Part shown: one piece after another, positions 29,367-37,614 of the stretch | Layout: each line of letters starts with the position of its first letter | How positions within the stretch are numbered: position 1 is the first letter of the stretch | Assembly (NCBI GenBank): GCA_044229845.1 | Contig: JBGASG010000001.1 | Span: 896,001 to 960,000, forward strand | Source: Candidatus Obscuribacteraceae bacterium | GTDB taxonomy: Bacteria > Cyanobacteriota > Vampirovibrionia > Obscuribacterales > Obscuribacteraceae | DNA: 64,000 nucleotides | Reading direction: 5' to 3' | The notes under the pieces: model-generated | What the model was told of the DNA's origin: nothing | The model's database searches: none | Seen by the model: the letters and a program-made list of their open reading frames with translations, nothing else | Position numbers and translations under genes: made by a program

Positions 29367-30076
29367 GTAACAGCAGCACCATTTGTCAAAATTTGCTGAG
29401 GCGCACCAGATATCACAACCTGGGTGCGGAGCGAGAGGACCTGATCGCGCGTGTTTTGCCAGCACTCGCGCTCGATTTGGATGACCATGCGCGCGTCGAA
29501 CTTGCGCAGCTGTTTCCTGTTGCTGTGAGCGATATCATTCTGGAGATCGGTTTTGGCGGCGGTGAACATCTGGCCGCCGAGGCTCGTCGATTGCCAACCT
29601 CGGGCTTCATTGGATGTGAGACCTATGCGAGCGGACTGGCGCGGTTGCTGAATGAGATCGAGCTTTCCGGACTGAGCAACGTCAGGCTATATGCGGGTGA
29701 TGGACTTGATGTGGTTAGGTGGTTACCCGACGGTTGTCTTTCGCGCGTCGATGTGTTGTTTCCAGACCCCTGGCCAAAGCTAAAGCACCAAAAGCGACGT
29801 CTCCTGCGAGTTCCAAACATTCCCTTGTTTGCTCGAGTTTTACGTCCGCAAAGTGAATTACGATTCGCTTCCGACAACGCGCATTATGCGAGGCAGGTGT
29901 TTGAATCCATTTGCCGGTCGCCGTTTTTCGACGCGATGCTGCCGGCACTATTGGATTGCGTTGAGCCGTGGGAAAACTTTCCTGGCACCCAATATCACAC
30001 CAGAGCAAAGAAGGAAGGTCGCCAATCGTACTTCCTCAGGTTTTGCAGAAACTACAATCCTATCGCTCTGCTGTAA
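29363..30076 (+). CDS. trmB: tRNA (guanine-N7)-methyltransferase TrmB-like
   Basis: LEIGFGGGEHL, FIGCE, LFPDPWPKLKHQKRRL, RFASD, TQY. Confidence 0.8.
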   Translation: MSNSSTICQNLLRRTRYHNLGAEREDLIARVLPALALDLDDHARVELAQLFPVAVSDIILEIGFGGGEHLAAEARRLPTSGFIGCETYASGLARLLNEIELSGLSNVRLYAGDGLDVVRWLPDGCLSRVDVLFPDPWPKLKHQKRRLLRVPNIPLFARVLRPQSELRFASDNAHYARQVFESICRSPFFDAMLPALLDCVEPWENFPGTQYHTRAKKEGRQSYFLRFCRNYNPIALL

Positions 30077-30192
30077 TACGAGCTCCGCGCTTTTTTATGC
30101 GTGATCTGCTGCCAGCAGCCGATCTGTGCATTTTACTTTTGAAATACGGTGTGCACCATTCCTTTGCCGCGGTAGCGAGAGTGCAACTCCCG

Positions 30193-30900
30193 CTACCGGT
30201 CGAATGGTTGTGGCACTAGTGGCCAAGCCCGTCCCTTAGTAGTCGGAAAGAGAGTGATGTCGGTAGGAGGTTCCCGTGCCGCTTTTACATGCGCGATCTC
30301 TACCGCTCCTTTGACCGTTGCTGTGGCAAGCAATCCGAAAGTTGCGTAGTCTGATTGTTCAAAATCAAAGCTAGGGATCGAATACGACCCGTCGGTGGCG
30401 GAGTCCGCAGTCAGTTCCGGCATCAGTGAGTCTTGTTGGGTATTTAGACACCATTCATCTTCGGTGTAGTCGAAAATACTAGTTACCAGCACGCGACACT
30501 TATCCACTGGAACTTTGCTCTGGCTAAAAACCTTGCCGCGCAAGATGCATCCTTTTGAGGATTCCACCAATGTGACCGCAGGAGCGTTCTTTCGTTTGCT
30601 CCAGATCTCGGCTTCAGCTATGTATAATGCTGAGCCAGGAAAGGCGATAACTACGATGGCTTTGCGAATGTCGTTTTCGTCCACATTCACTGTCAATATT
30701 CCGGCGCTATCTGTTTTGCTTTGACACAGAACCTTTCCATGTTCATTACGCACTTCCACGCGGGCGGCTGTTGCAGGCTTGCCGTTCGGAGCCAGAATTT
30801 GTCTGGTGAGGGTGAGAGTTTTGCCGAACGCAGGCGTACAGGTGATTCCGCAACAGGCAATTGTCAAACATGCAACTGCGAACCAAGCAGTCAGTTTCAT
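30193..30900 (-). CDS. Secreted protein with carboxypeptidase-regulatory-like (prealbumin-fold) repeats
   Basis: Signal peptide; GKPATAARVEV...TDSAG and LRGKV...PVDKCRV...DGSYSI. Confidence 0.55.
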   Translation of the reverse strand: MKLTAWFAVACLTIACCGITCTPAFGKTLTLTRQILAPNGKPATAARVEVRNEHGKVLCQSKTDSAGILTVNVDENDIRKAIVVIAFPGSALYIAEAEIWSKRKNAPAVTLVESSKGCILRGKVFSQSKVPVDKCRVLVTSIFDYTEDEWCLNTQQDSLMPELTADSATDGSYSIPSFDFEQSDYATFGLLATATVKGAVEIAHVKAAREPPTDITLFPTTKGRAWPLVPQPFDR

Positions 30901-30967
30901 GGCGCATCTCCTGGAAAGGCTGATTCAACCGCGCCTAGAATAGCAGGAGTGGCAACACGGGACGATC

Positions 30968-32027
30968 TCAATGATCTTCGGCAGGTTTAGAGTTTTGGCG
31001 ATTGCTCAATGGCTGCGTCTCGAAGACTTTATCGTGCATGACATATAGACCAAAGGTGCTTAGTCCGACTATCAGAACACGTCTATAGTTTAGTGGTTTG
31101 AGGAATCGCAGCAACCGGTCCAGCTCTTCTGCGGAACATGATGTGCCCTTCCAGAATGTAATCAGCAAGAGATTCTTCGTTTGATGCTCCGGTAGGTGGT
31201 CATACAACTGCCCGTAGGAAATCTCCGGAGAATCAGGAGCGCCGCCAAGTCGCAGCATGCCTGGTTGCGCGCACCATAACCGCGTGTCAGCCTTGCTCAT
31301 CGTCCGAAAGATCGCTTCAAACAAATCGGAGTCTTCGTTTCCTCCCCGACCGTAATAGTCCGACTTAAATGCCATGTTCTCAGGAATCGAAATGGGGGGA
31401 TCGAGTTGTTCGATCCGTGCAAGAGCAACGCGATATGCACCCAAGATGGCGTCAGTTTCAACAACGGGACAATTTCTCAGCCGACCGCGAAGAATGTCCC
31501 GCGTGGGAAACATGTCGACCTGGTAAGAGATCATTAGTGCCTTGACAGCGTTTTCTTGCTCACCAGATTTCGCGTAAATTTGGGCTAGTGCCACCCAACC
31601 GCGATGGCACTTAGGATCGAGTGCAATCGATTGAATAGAATGCCTTTTTGGCGACAATGTCATCGGTCAAGATTTCCATGTCTGTGAGCTGGGTGACTGC
31701 ATAAAATGATCCGGGATTCCTTGCGGACTCCTTTAGCAGTGCCTTTGCTTCCGCTCGGTAGTAGTCCTGCGGAGAGGCATAGTCCGAGGGATTTAGGACC
31801 TCTCTGTGGCTTCTTTTCTCGACCGGCTTAGGGCGTTTTGACAGATCGTCTACGACCGAGCGCACAAGGACTCTATCGGGTGTGCCTTCCGATTTGATCA
31901 ATCGCTCGATCAGACAGGTGGCATCGTCCGACTCAGCAGCGATCGCCGCCATCGAACAAACACACAACTCCAACATCAAGAGGAGCAGGACAGCACCACA
32001 TATAGTTGCACTATTGCTCCGGCTCAT
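30968..32027 (-). pseudogene. Secreted TPR protein split by an apparent 1-nt frameshift near 31638
   Basis: ORFs 31611..32027 and 30968..31663 join as AKKAF/IQSIALDPKCHRGWVALA, a continuous TPR. Confidence 0.6.
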
Positions 32028-32090
32028 GTGCGAGGTTTCTGGTGATTTTTCCTACCCCATAGGCCCGAGGTAAGCCGATCCTAAAAATCT

Positions 32091-32162
32091 TGGGCGGTAA
32101 GAGACTCGAACTCCTAACCCCCTCGGTGTAAACGAGGTGCTCCACCATTGAGCTAACCGCCC
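32091..32162 (-). tRNA. tRNA-Val(TAC), CCA not encoded
   Basis: Reverse complement GGGCGGTTAGCTCAATGGTGGAGCACCTCGTTTACACCGAGGGGGTTAGGAGTTCGAGTCTCTTACCGCCCA forms a cloverleaf with anticodon TAC. Confidence 0.97.
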
Positions 32163-32209
32163 GCGCGAATTTCAAGTTTAACATGCTGCACAGGTGGGGC
32201 TGCCAGCGT

Positions 32210-32255
32210 TTGACAGGTCCCTTCTTGACGATCTAGAATATGAAAACGGTTTTCA
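32210..32255 (+). promoter_or_regulatory. Sigma70 promoter (TTGACA-18-TAGAAT) followed by a 7-1-7 Fur/Zur-type box TGAAAACGGTTTTCA
   Basis: Perfect inverted repeat at 32241-32255, upstream of the tonB and Fur-family genes. Confidence 0.75.
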
Positions 32256-32273
32256 TTCTAGGAGTCATAGGAT

Positions 32274-32654
32274 ATGCGGGCTGTTTGCCTCGTTGTCGCC
32301 TCGGTAGCCATAGTTGGACTCGCAGCCGCAAAGCCCGCGAGCGCGCAGGTTAAGACCTTCGCCGCCGGCACTGCCTCGACCGCTACCTATTTAGATGCAA
32401 AGCTCCTGGAAAACCCCCTCCCGAAAATTCCGCCGCATCTGCACGAGGAATGCTTCAAGTCGTGCTGTATCGCGCGTTTCAAAATCGACGAAAAGGGTCA
32501 GTATCAGGTGCGCCTGATAAGCTCCTCCGGCAATACAGAGATTGACGAAATTACACTTTCGACGCTTCGCCGCTGGAAGTTTAAGCCTGCTATGCTTGAT
32601 GGCAAGCCGGTCGCGACCACACGCCGCATCCGGGTTGAATTCGAAGTCGAATAA
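32274..32654 (+). CDS. Short TonB C-terminal-domain protein
   Basis: N-terminal hydrophobic segment; SSGNTEIDE...RWKFKPAMLDGKPV. Confidence 0.85.
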   Translation: MRAVCLVVASVAIVGLAAAKPASAQVKTFAAGTASTATYLDAKLLENPLPKIPPHLHEECFKSCCIARFKIDEKGQYQVRLISSSGNTEIDEITLSTLRRWKFKPAMLDGKPVATTRRIRVEFEVE

Positions 32655-32666
32655 CCATCAGGCGAT

Positions 32667-33113
32667 ATGGTTCACTCCCATTCCCATAAACAACAAGCCA
32701 ATCTCCCGAGACCAGCTGGTCTGACGAAGGGCTGTCAGCGTGTTCTCGAAGTTTTAGAGCAAGAAACAGAACTGGCGAGCGCGCAGGATATACACGGCAA
32801 GCTGCGTCAGGAAGAAGACAAGGCACCAGGTCTGACGACTGTATATAGATCGTTGGAGTCGCTGGTCGCGCTTGGTCTGGTGCAGGCGGTCGACCTCGGC
32901 GACGGCGAACGCCGCTACGAGCTGGTGAACCCCGGCGAGCACCATCACCACGTCATCTGCGAGTTGTGCCGCACGAGCATGCACCTGGATCAGTGCCTCG
33001 TGTCCGAACTCGAAGAAGCTATTCAACAGAAGTACGGATTCGAAGTGCGGTCGCACATCCTAGAGATCTTCGGTGTCTGCGACTCCTGCCAGAAGAAACG
33101 CCGCGGCAAGTAG
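32667..33113 (+). CDS. Fur-family regulator, probably Zur
   Basis: GLTTVYRSL, HHHHVICELC, HILEIFGVCDSC. Confidence 0.9.
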   Translation: MVHSHSHKQQANLPRPAGLTKGCQRVLEVLEQETELASAQDIHGKLRQEEDKAPGLTTVYRSLESLVALGLVQAVDLGDGERRYELVNPGEHHHHVICELCRTSMHLDQCLVSELEEAIQQKYGFEVRSHILEIFGVCDSCQKKRRGK

Positions 33114-33158
33114 CACCTCGCTTGTGCCATCGTTAGCGCTCAGCAGCTGTGGAAGGGC

Positions 33159-33275
33159 TGACCGCCACGGCGGCCACAATGTACTCAAAATGGCCGCCAC
33201 TGCGGGTCATTCTTAGTGCCTATGGCCGCCGTGGCGGTCATTTCGGCGAATCTCTGGCCGCCACGGCGGTCACGA
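33159..33275. repeat. Four 18-bp palindromic units (TGGCCGCCACGGCGGTCA-like) at a 32-bp period
   Basis: Units start at 33159, 33191, 33223 and 33255; spacers differ. Confidence 0.85.
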
Positions 33276-33323
33276 GGACTCTTGTCTGTCCTGCCCCATC
33301 ATCAAATGATGTCAACATAGGAA

Positions 33324-33338
33324 TGAAAACGATTTCCA
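33324..33338 (+). promoter_or_regulatory. Second Fur/Zur-type box TGAAAACGATTTCCA
   Basis: 13/15 match to the box at 32241; upstream of the TonB-dependent receptor. Confidence 0.65.
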
Positions 33339-33402
33339 TTTACATACGATTTCCAAGAGCGCAGAATCTATTTCGGAATCCAACGAACGAAAGGTTCGCC
33401 TC

Positions 33403-36240
33403 GTGTCTCGGTCTTGGCAAACGCCCCGGTCAAATGCAAATGCATCGTCCATCTCGCTGATCGCACTCGCGGCGACGGTGGCACTCCTTGCTTGCCAGCA
33501 GTCTGCGTTTGCCGCCAACAACAACGACGATGACGACGACGATGCTCCGCCCGCCAAGCCGGCGCAGGCGACGCCGATTGCCCCACGCGCGGCTATTCAA
33601 GGTTTCTCGCGCGCCGCATCCTCTTATATGAATAACTTCGGTCCCGGTGCCACCGCCGCTCCGGATCAACCTTTTACTGGTGCCCCCGCCACTGCGGGAG
33701 GTGCCCAAGCCGGTGCACCTGGAACATCCCTAAGCCCAGGTGCGCCGGCTTCGAATTCTGCGAAGAAACCACCAGTGGTGCAACTCAAACCCGGCACCTC
33801 CACCATTCAGGGTAAGGTCGTTGACGCTGATAACGGCACCCCCATCGGCGACGCGGAAGTTCTCATCCAGCGCGTCGGCAAGGACGGCGCCCGCCTCGAA
33901 CAGGAAGTTCAAGACGACGGCTCATTCTCTTTCCAAAATATAGAGGAAGGAGATTGGGACCTCACCATCACCGCCGAAGGCATGTTCTCGCAGACCAAGC
34001 GCGTCGTAATCAAAAAGGGCGAAACCCAAAACTTCCCCATCGCCATGGAAGAGCTCGAGTCGACCGACGTACTGCGCGTCTCCGGCAAGCGCACCCTCAC
34101 TCATCCCGAGCGCATCGGCAGTACCACGGACCTCGACCGCCGTTTCCTCGATCAATATAAATCCGGCAACGACCTCAAACAGGTTATTCAGAGCACACCG
34201 GGGGTGATGGCAGACTCGTTCGGCAACATCATCACCCGCGGCGAACACAACGCGGTCAACTACGAGGTCGACGGCGTCGTTCTGCCCGAGGCACCCAACA
34301 ACCTCAGTCAAGGTCAGTTTGCCTCGCCGCGTGCGTTGCAGAGCGTTAGCGTCGACATCGGCGGTTACGAGGCGCGCGATGGTGGCGGTCCCCTTGGTGC
34401 GGTGGCACGCCTGAAAACTCTCCCAATCCAAGCCAAACCCTCGCTCGAATATGGCGGACAGATCGGCGGACCCATCGCAGGCACCATTTACTACCGCGCC
34501 ACCGGCGCCGCCAGTCAGGATCCCAACAGCATCTGGAACAAGGTGCGCTTCGAATCAATCGGACAAGCGCAAGCCAATTCGTACGGCATCCAGGCTCCGG
34601 CGAAGTTCTATCGCAACAACGCGCGCCTCAACATGAACTTCATGAACAAACTGGAGTTCTCTCCCAACGAGTACAACACATTCAAATTAACTGCCGCCCT
34701 CAACAGTAGCTTTGCGCAGCAACCGACCAACATCATGTCAGCCAATGCGGGTGTCAGGCAGAAACTCTCCGAGCGCGACCATTACTTAATCGCCAGCTGG
34801 AACCGTCGCGGCAAAAAATTCTTCGACGAAGCAAACCTGCACTTCGTCAACGCGTTCTATCAACAGCTCGGACAAAGCAACCTCGCCTTCGATCCCTTTC
34901 CCAATCTCGTCGGCGAAGAACCGCTGCTTGCCTCGACCGCGTTCACCGGTCGCAGATTCAATTATGCCTTCTCCGCGCAAGGCGACATCAAAAAACGCAT
35001 CTTCAAGACCCACAACCTGTACGCCGGTTTCCTCAGCGAAATCCGCCCGGTGACGACCAGTTTCTCCGGCATCTATTTCAACACCGACCGCAACCTGGCA
35101 CCAATCGGCGGACTGATCAGCCCGTACACGCGTACTTTCGACGGTCCCCAATTTACCGGTGGCGTCGGCAAATACAAGGGCTTCCGTTATCTGCAAAGCG
35201 CGTACTTCCAGGATACCTGGAAGCCCGAAAAAGGTTTCCTCAAGCGCCTCACTCTCAATGCCGGCGCGCGCTTCGACTTGTATCACGGCGTCTTCGGCAA
35301 CACTCTCGGCGTCGCGAACGCCATGCAGAACATTCCCGGCATCCAGCCGTTCGATGCCTCCCGTTTCCAAAAACAAACCGTCACCGATGCACAAGTCAGT
35401 GGACGTTTTGGTGGCACCTACGCACTCACCAAATCAACGGTACTCCGCGGCTCCTACTCCCAGATATTCCAACCGCCGCCCGTCGATGTGTTCGTAACAC
35501 CGCCAAATGTCTCTGAGGACCCAATCTTTGGCATCTACCCAGGTACCGTGCGCCCGCTCAGAGCCACGCGCGGCAGTCTCGTCGACGCCAGCATCGAGCA
35601 GCAGGTCGGACCTCGCTTCGTGCTGCGCAATAACCTTTACTACAAGCGCCTGAAAAACTTCGGCGACTCGGGCGTCGTACAAAACACTCCGCTCTACAAT
35701 CGACTGACGCTCTCCGCCCAGGAAGCCTACGGCTGCGAAACCCGCATGGAACTGCGCCCCGCGCGAGACGGCACCGGGTTCAATGGATTCATCTCCAGCA
35801 CGGTTGCAGTCGCTTACCTGCGCGGAACCAAGTCCACCACCGGTGGTATCTGGGAACCAGACATGGCACCCGTCCTCGCCAAATACCCCGACCACGACCG
35901 TCGCTACACCCTGCAATCAGGACTTGGCTATCGCTGGAAAAGCGGACTCTGGTGCCTTGGTGAATGCGGCGTCCTGACCGGATTGCAAAACCAACTCGAT
36001 CCAGCCATCTTCGGTCCGCACCCCGCGCGCACTCCGGTAGTCACCATCATCGGACTCAACGCTGGCTACGAAATGCCGAAAAAGTACCACGACAAAAGCA
36101 AGCTCTTGCCGACCAGCTTCGATGTGCGCATCGATAACCTCACCAACCAACGCACACCACTAAACTTGGGCAGCCCATTTCAAGGAAACCGCTTCATGCT
36201 GCCAATCCGCATTCTCGCCGGGATGTACTGGAAGGTCTAA
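33403..36240 (+). CDS. TonB-dependent outer-membrane receptor with N-terminal carboxypeptidase-regulatory-like domain
   Basis: Signal peptide, IQGKVVD...PIGDAEV, plug (STPGV...ITRGE...VDGV), LNAGARFD, IDNLTN, aromatic C-terminal strand. Confidence 0.88.
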   Translation: MSRSWQTPRSNANASSISLIALAATVALLACQQSAFAANNNDDDDDDAPPAKPAQATPIAPRAAIQGFSRAASSYMNNFGPGATAAPDQPFTGAPATAGGAQAGAPGTSLSPGAPASNSAKKPPVVQLKPGTSTIQGKVVDADNGTPIGDAEVLIQRVGKDGARLEQEVQDDGSFSFQNIEEGDWDLTITAEGMFSQTKRVVIKKGETQNFPIAMEELESTDVLRVSGKRTLTHPERIGSTTDLDRRFLDQYKSGNDLKQVIQSTPGVMADSFGNIITRGEHNAVNYEVDGVVLPEAPNNLSQGQFASPRALQSVSVDIGGYEARDGGGPLGAVARLKTLPIQAKPSLEYGGQIGGPIAGTIYYRATGAASQDPNSIWNKVRFESIGQAQANSYGIQAPAKFYRNNARLNMNFMNKLEFSPNEYNTFKLTAALNSSFAQQPTNIMSANAGVRQKLSERDHYLIASWNRRGKKFFDEANLHFVNAFYQQLGQSNLAFDPFPNLVGEEPLLASTAFTGRRFNYAFSAQGDIKKRIFKTHNLYAGFLSEIRPVTTSFSGIYFNTDRNLAPIGGLISPYTRTFDGPQFTGGVGKYKGFRYLQSAYFQDTWKPEKGFLKRLTLNAGARFDLYHGVFGNTLGVANAMQNIPGIQPFDASRFQKQTVTDAQVSGRFGGTYALTKSTVLRGSYSQIFQPPPVDVFVTPPNVSEDPIFGIYPGTVRPLRATRGSLVDASIEQQVGPRFVLRNNLYYKRLKNFGDSGVVQNTPLYNRLTLSAQEAYGCETRMELRPARDGTGFNGFISSTVAVAYLRGTKSTTGGIWEPDMAPVLAKYPDHDRRYTLQSGLGYRWKSGLWCLGECGVLTGLQNQLDPAIFGPHPARTPVVTIIGLNAGYEMPKKYHDKSKLLPTSFDVRIDNLTNQRTPLNLGSPFQGNRFMLPIRILAGMYWKV

Positions 36241-36899
36241 CCTGAGCCCAAGCCTATGATTTTTTCGTTGTAGCCCAGCACTCGGCTAACCACCACATCG
36301 GAATCCTTTTCGATATAAACTTCTACTTTAATCTCATACGGTGCATCTCCCGGCAATGGCAAGTCGGTGGGTTCAGCCTCTTGAATCCAACGTGAGAGTG
36401 CAATGTCCATTGGGTTTTGTGAGGAGGGTGCGACCCTGGTGGCACGTCCGTCATGGTCTAGATAGTAAGTTGCTCGACATCTCTGATTAGCTGCCTGAGA
36501 TGTCTGCCCATCGTTAGCGGCGTCGACCAACCATGACCGCCTGATGCTGTTGTTTGACGCTGCCAGGTAGAAGTCGAAGAACGAAGCCACCGCTTTCTTC
36601 CTCTTTTCCAGATTTTGTTGCTTCAATTGCGCCCACTGCTGAACATCCCAGTGTTCGCAGTTTGCCAATGCTAAAGGAACACCAGGCTGTTCAAACGGCC
36701 TGATCACGTCGTCCCACTTAGCATGCTCAAGGACGACCTTTCTGCGGTAAGTGTGATGTGCCGGGGACAAATAACGCGTAGACCGGCGCATATATGCGCT
36801 CACCTCAGGCGGTGGCATATTGGCAAAAGCAGCGTCCGCGAGGTTGGTAATCGCAGTCACCAGCAACAGTGCCGTGGTTAGGCTGGTTGGCTTGTTCAT
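36237..36899 (-). CDS. Hypothetical secreted protein (paralog of the next gene)
   Basis: Signal peptide AFA-NMPPP; shares motifs with 36896..37612. Confidence 0.7.
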   Translation of the reverse strand: MNKPTSLTTALLLVTAITNLADAAFANMPPPEVSAYMRRSTRYLSPAHHTYRRKVVLEHAKWDDVIRPFEQPGVPLALANCEHWDVQQWAQLKQQNLEKRKKAVASFFDFYLAASNNSIRRSWLVDAANDGQTSQAANQRCRATYYLDHDGRATRVAPSSQNPMDIALSRWIQEAEPTDLPLPGDAPYEIKVEVYIEKDSDVVVSRVLGYNEKIIGLGSG

Positions 36900-37612
36900 T
36901 TATTCAATCTTTGTGTTATCCGGCTTGGGCTCGGATTCTTCCTGTGATTAGTATTGGTTGAGTAACTCACGACACGGCTATGGGTTTCCGCTGTCTCAGT
37001 ATCGAGCGACACTTCTACTTTGATCTCGCCGGGTGCATCCGCGGGAAGAGCGAAGAAGGCTTCCTGCGCGATCGCGATCACCTTCGCCAGCCTTTGATCG
37101 TTGGCTCCTTTACCTCGAGGCGTGATTCTCGTTGCACGTCCCGCCACGGTCAGGTAATACGAGGCAAACGCCATTTTGCGGGGAGGCGGCGGAGGAGGCT
37201 TCTCATCCGGATTGGTACTGGCCCAGTTTGATACTCGGATTTGCAAAGGTTTGTGCCCGTCCCACCCCATCACAGTATGCTGCCACTCTTGTTGAATCGC
37301 CAGATCTTCCCTTCCCAGATAGAACTGGAAAAAGGTCGCCGTAGCTTTCTCCTTTCCATTTTTCTTTTCGAAGTGCTTAAGCAGGTCCGCCCAGTGACCA
37401 TGGTTATCGACAAATTGCCAGTAGTCCTGGTACGCGAATCTGTACTCTTCCTCCACGCTATCTTGCAGCAGTATCCACCCTTCATTGGGTGGCGGTGCGG
37501 CCACATTAGACCAGGCTGCGGGCATGGCAATCGGCATCAAATACAGTGCCGATGCCAGAATTAGAATCACTCTCGTCCACGTCGACCAAAATGACCGATG
37601 GCTTCGTCGCAT
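36896..37612 (-). CDS. Hypothetical secreted protein (paralog of the previous gene)
   Basis: Signal peptide then NVAAPPP; FFQFYL, YYL...GRATR, LP.DAP.EIKVEV shared with its neighbour. Confidence 0.7.
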   Translation of the reverse strand: MRRSHRSFWSTWTRVILILASALYLMPIAMPAAWSNVAAPPPNEGWILLQDSVEEEYRFAYQDYWQFVDNHGHWADLLKHFEKKNGKEKATATFFQFYLGREDLAIQQEWQHTVMGWDGHKPLQIRVSNWASTNPDEKPPPPPPRKMAFASYYLTVAGRATRITPRGKGANDQRLAKVIAIAQEAFFALPADAPGEIKVEVSLDTETAETHSRVVSYSTNTNHRKNPSPSRITQRLNK

Positions 37613-37614
37613 CA

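Noticed and set aside
33159..33275. Mini CRISPR array
   Set aside because: Units are 18 bp with 13-14-bp spacers, degenerate, and there are no cas genes; a REP-like element fits better.
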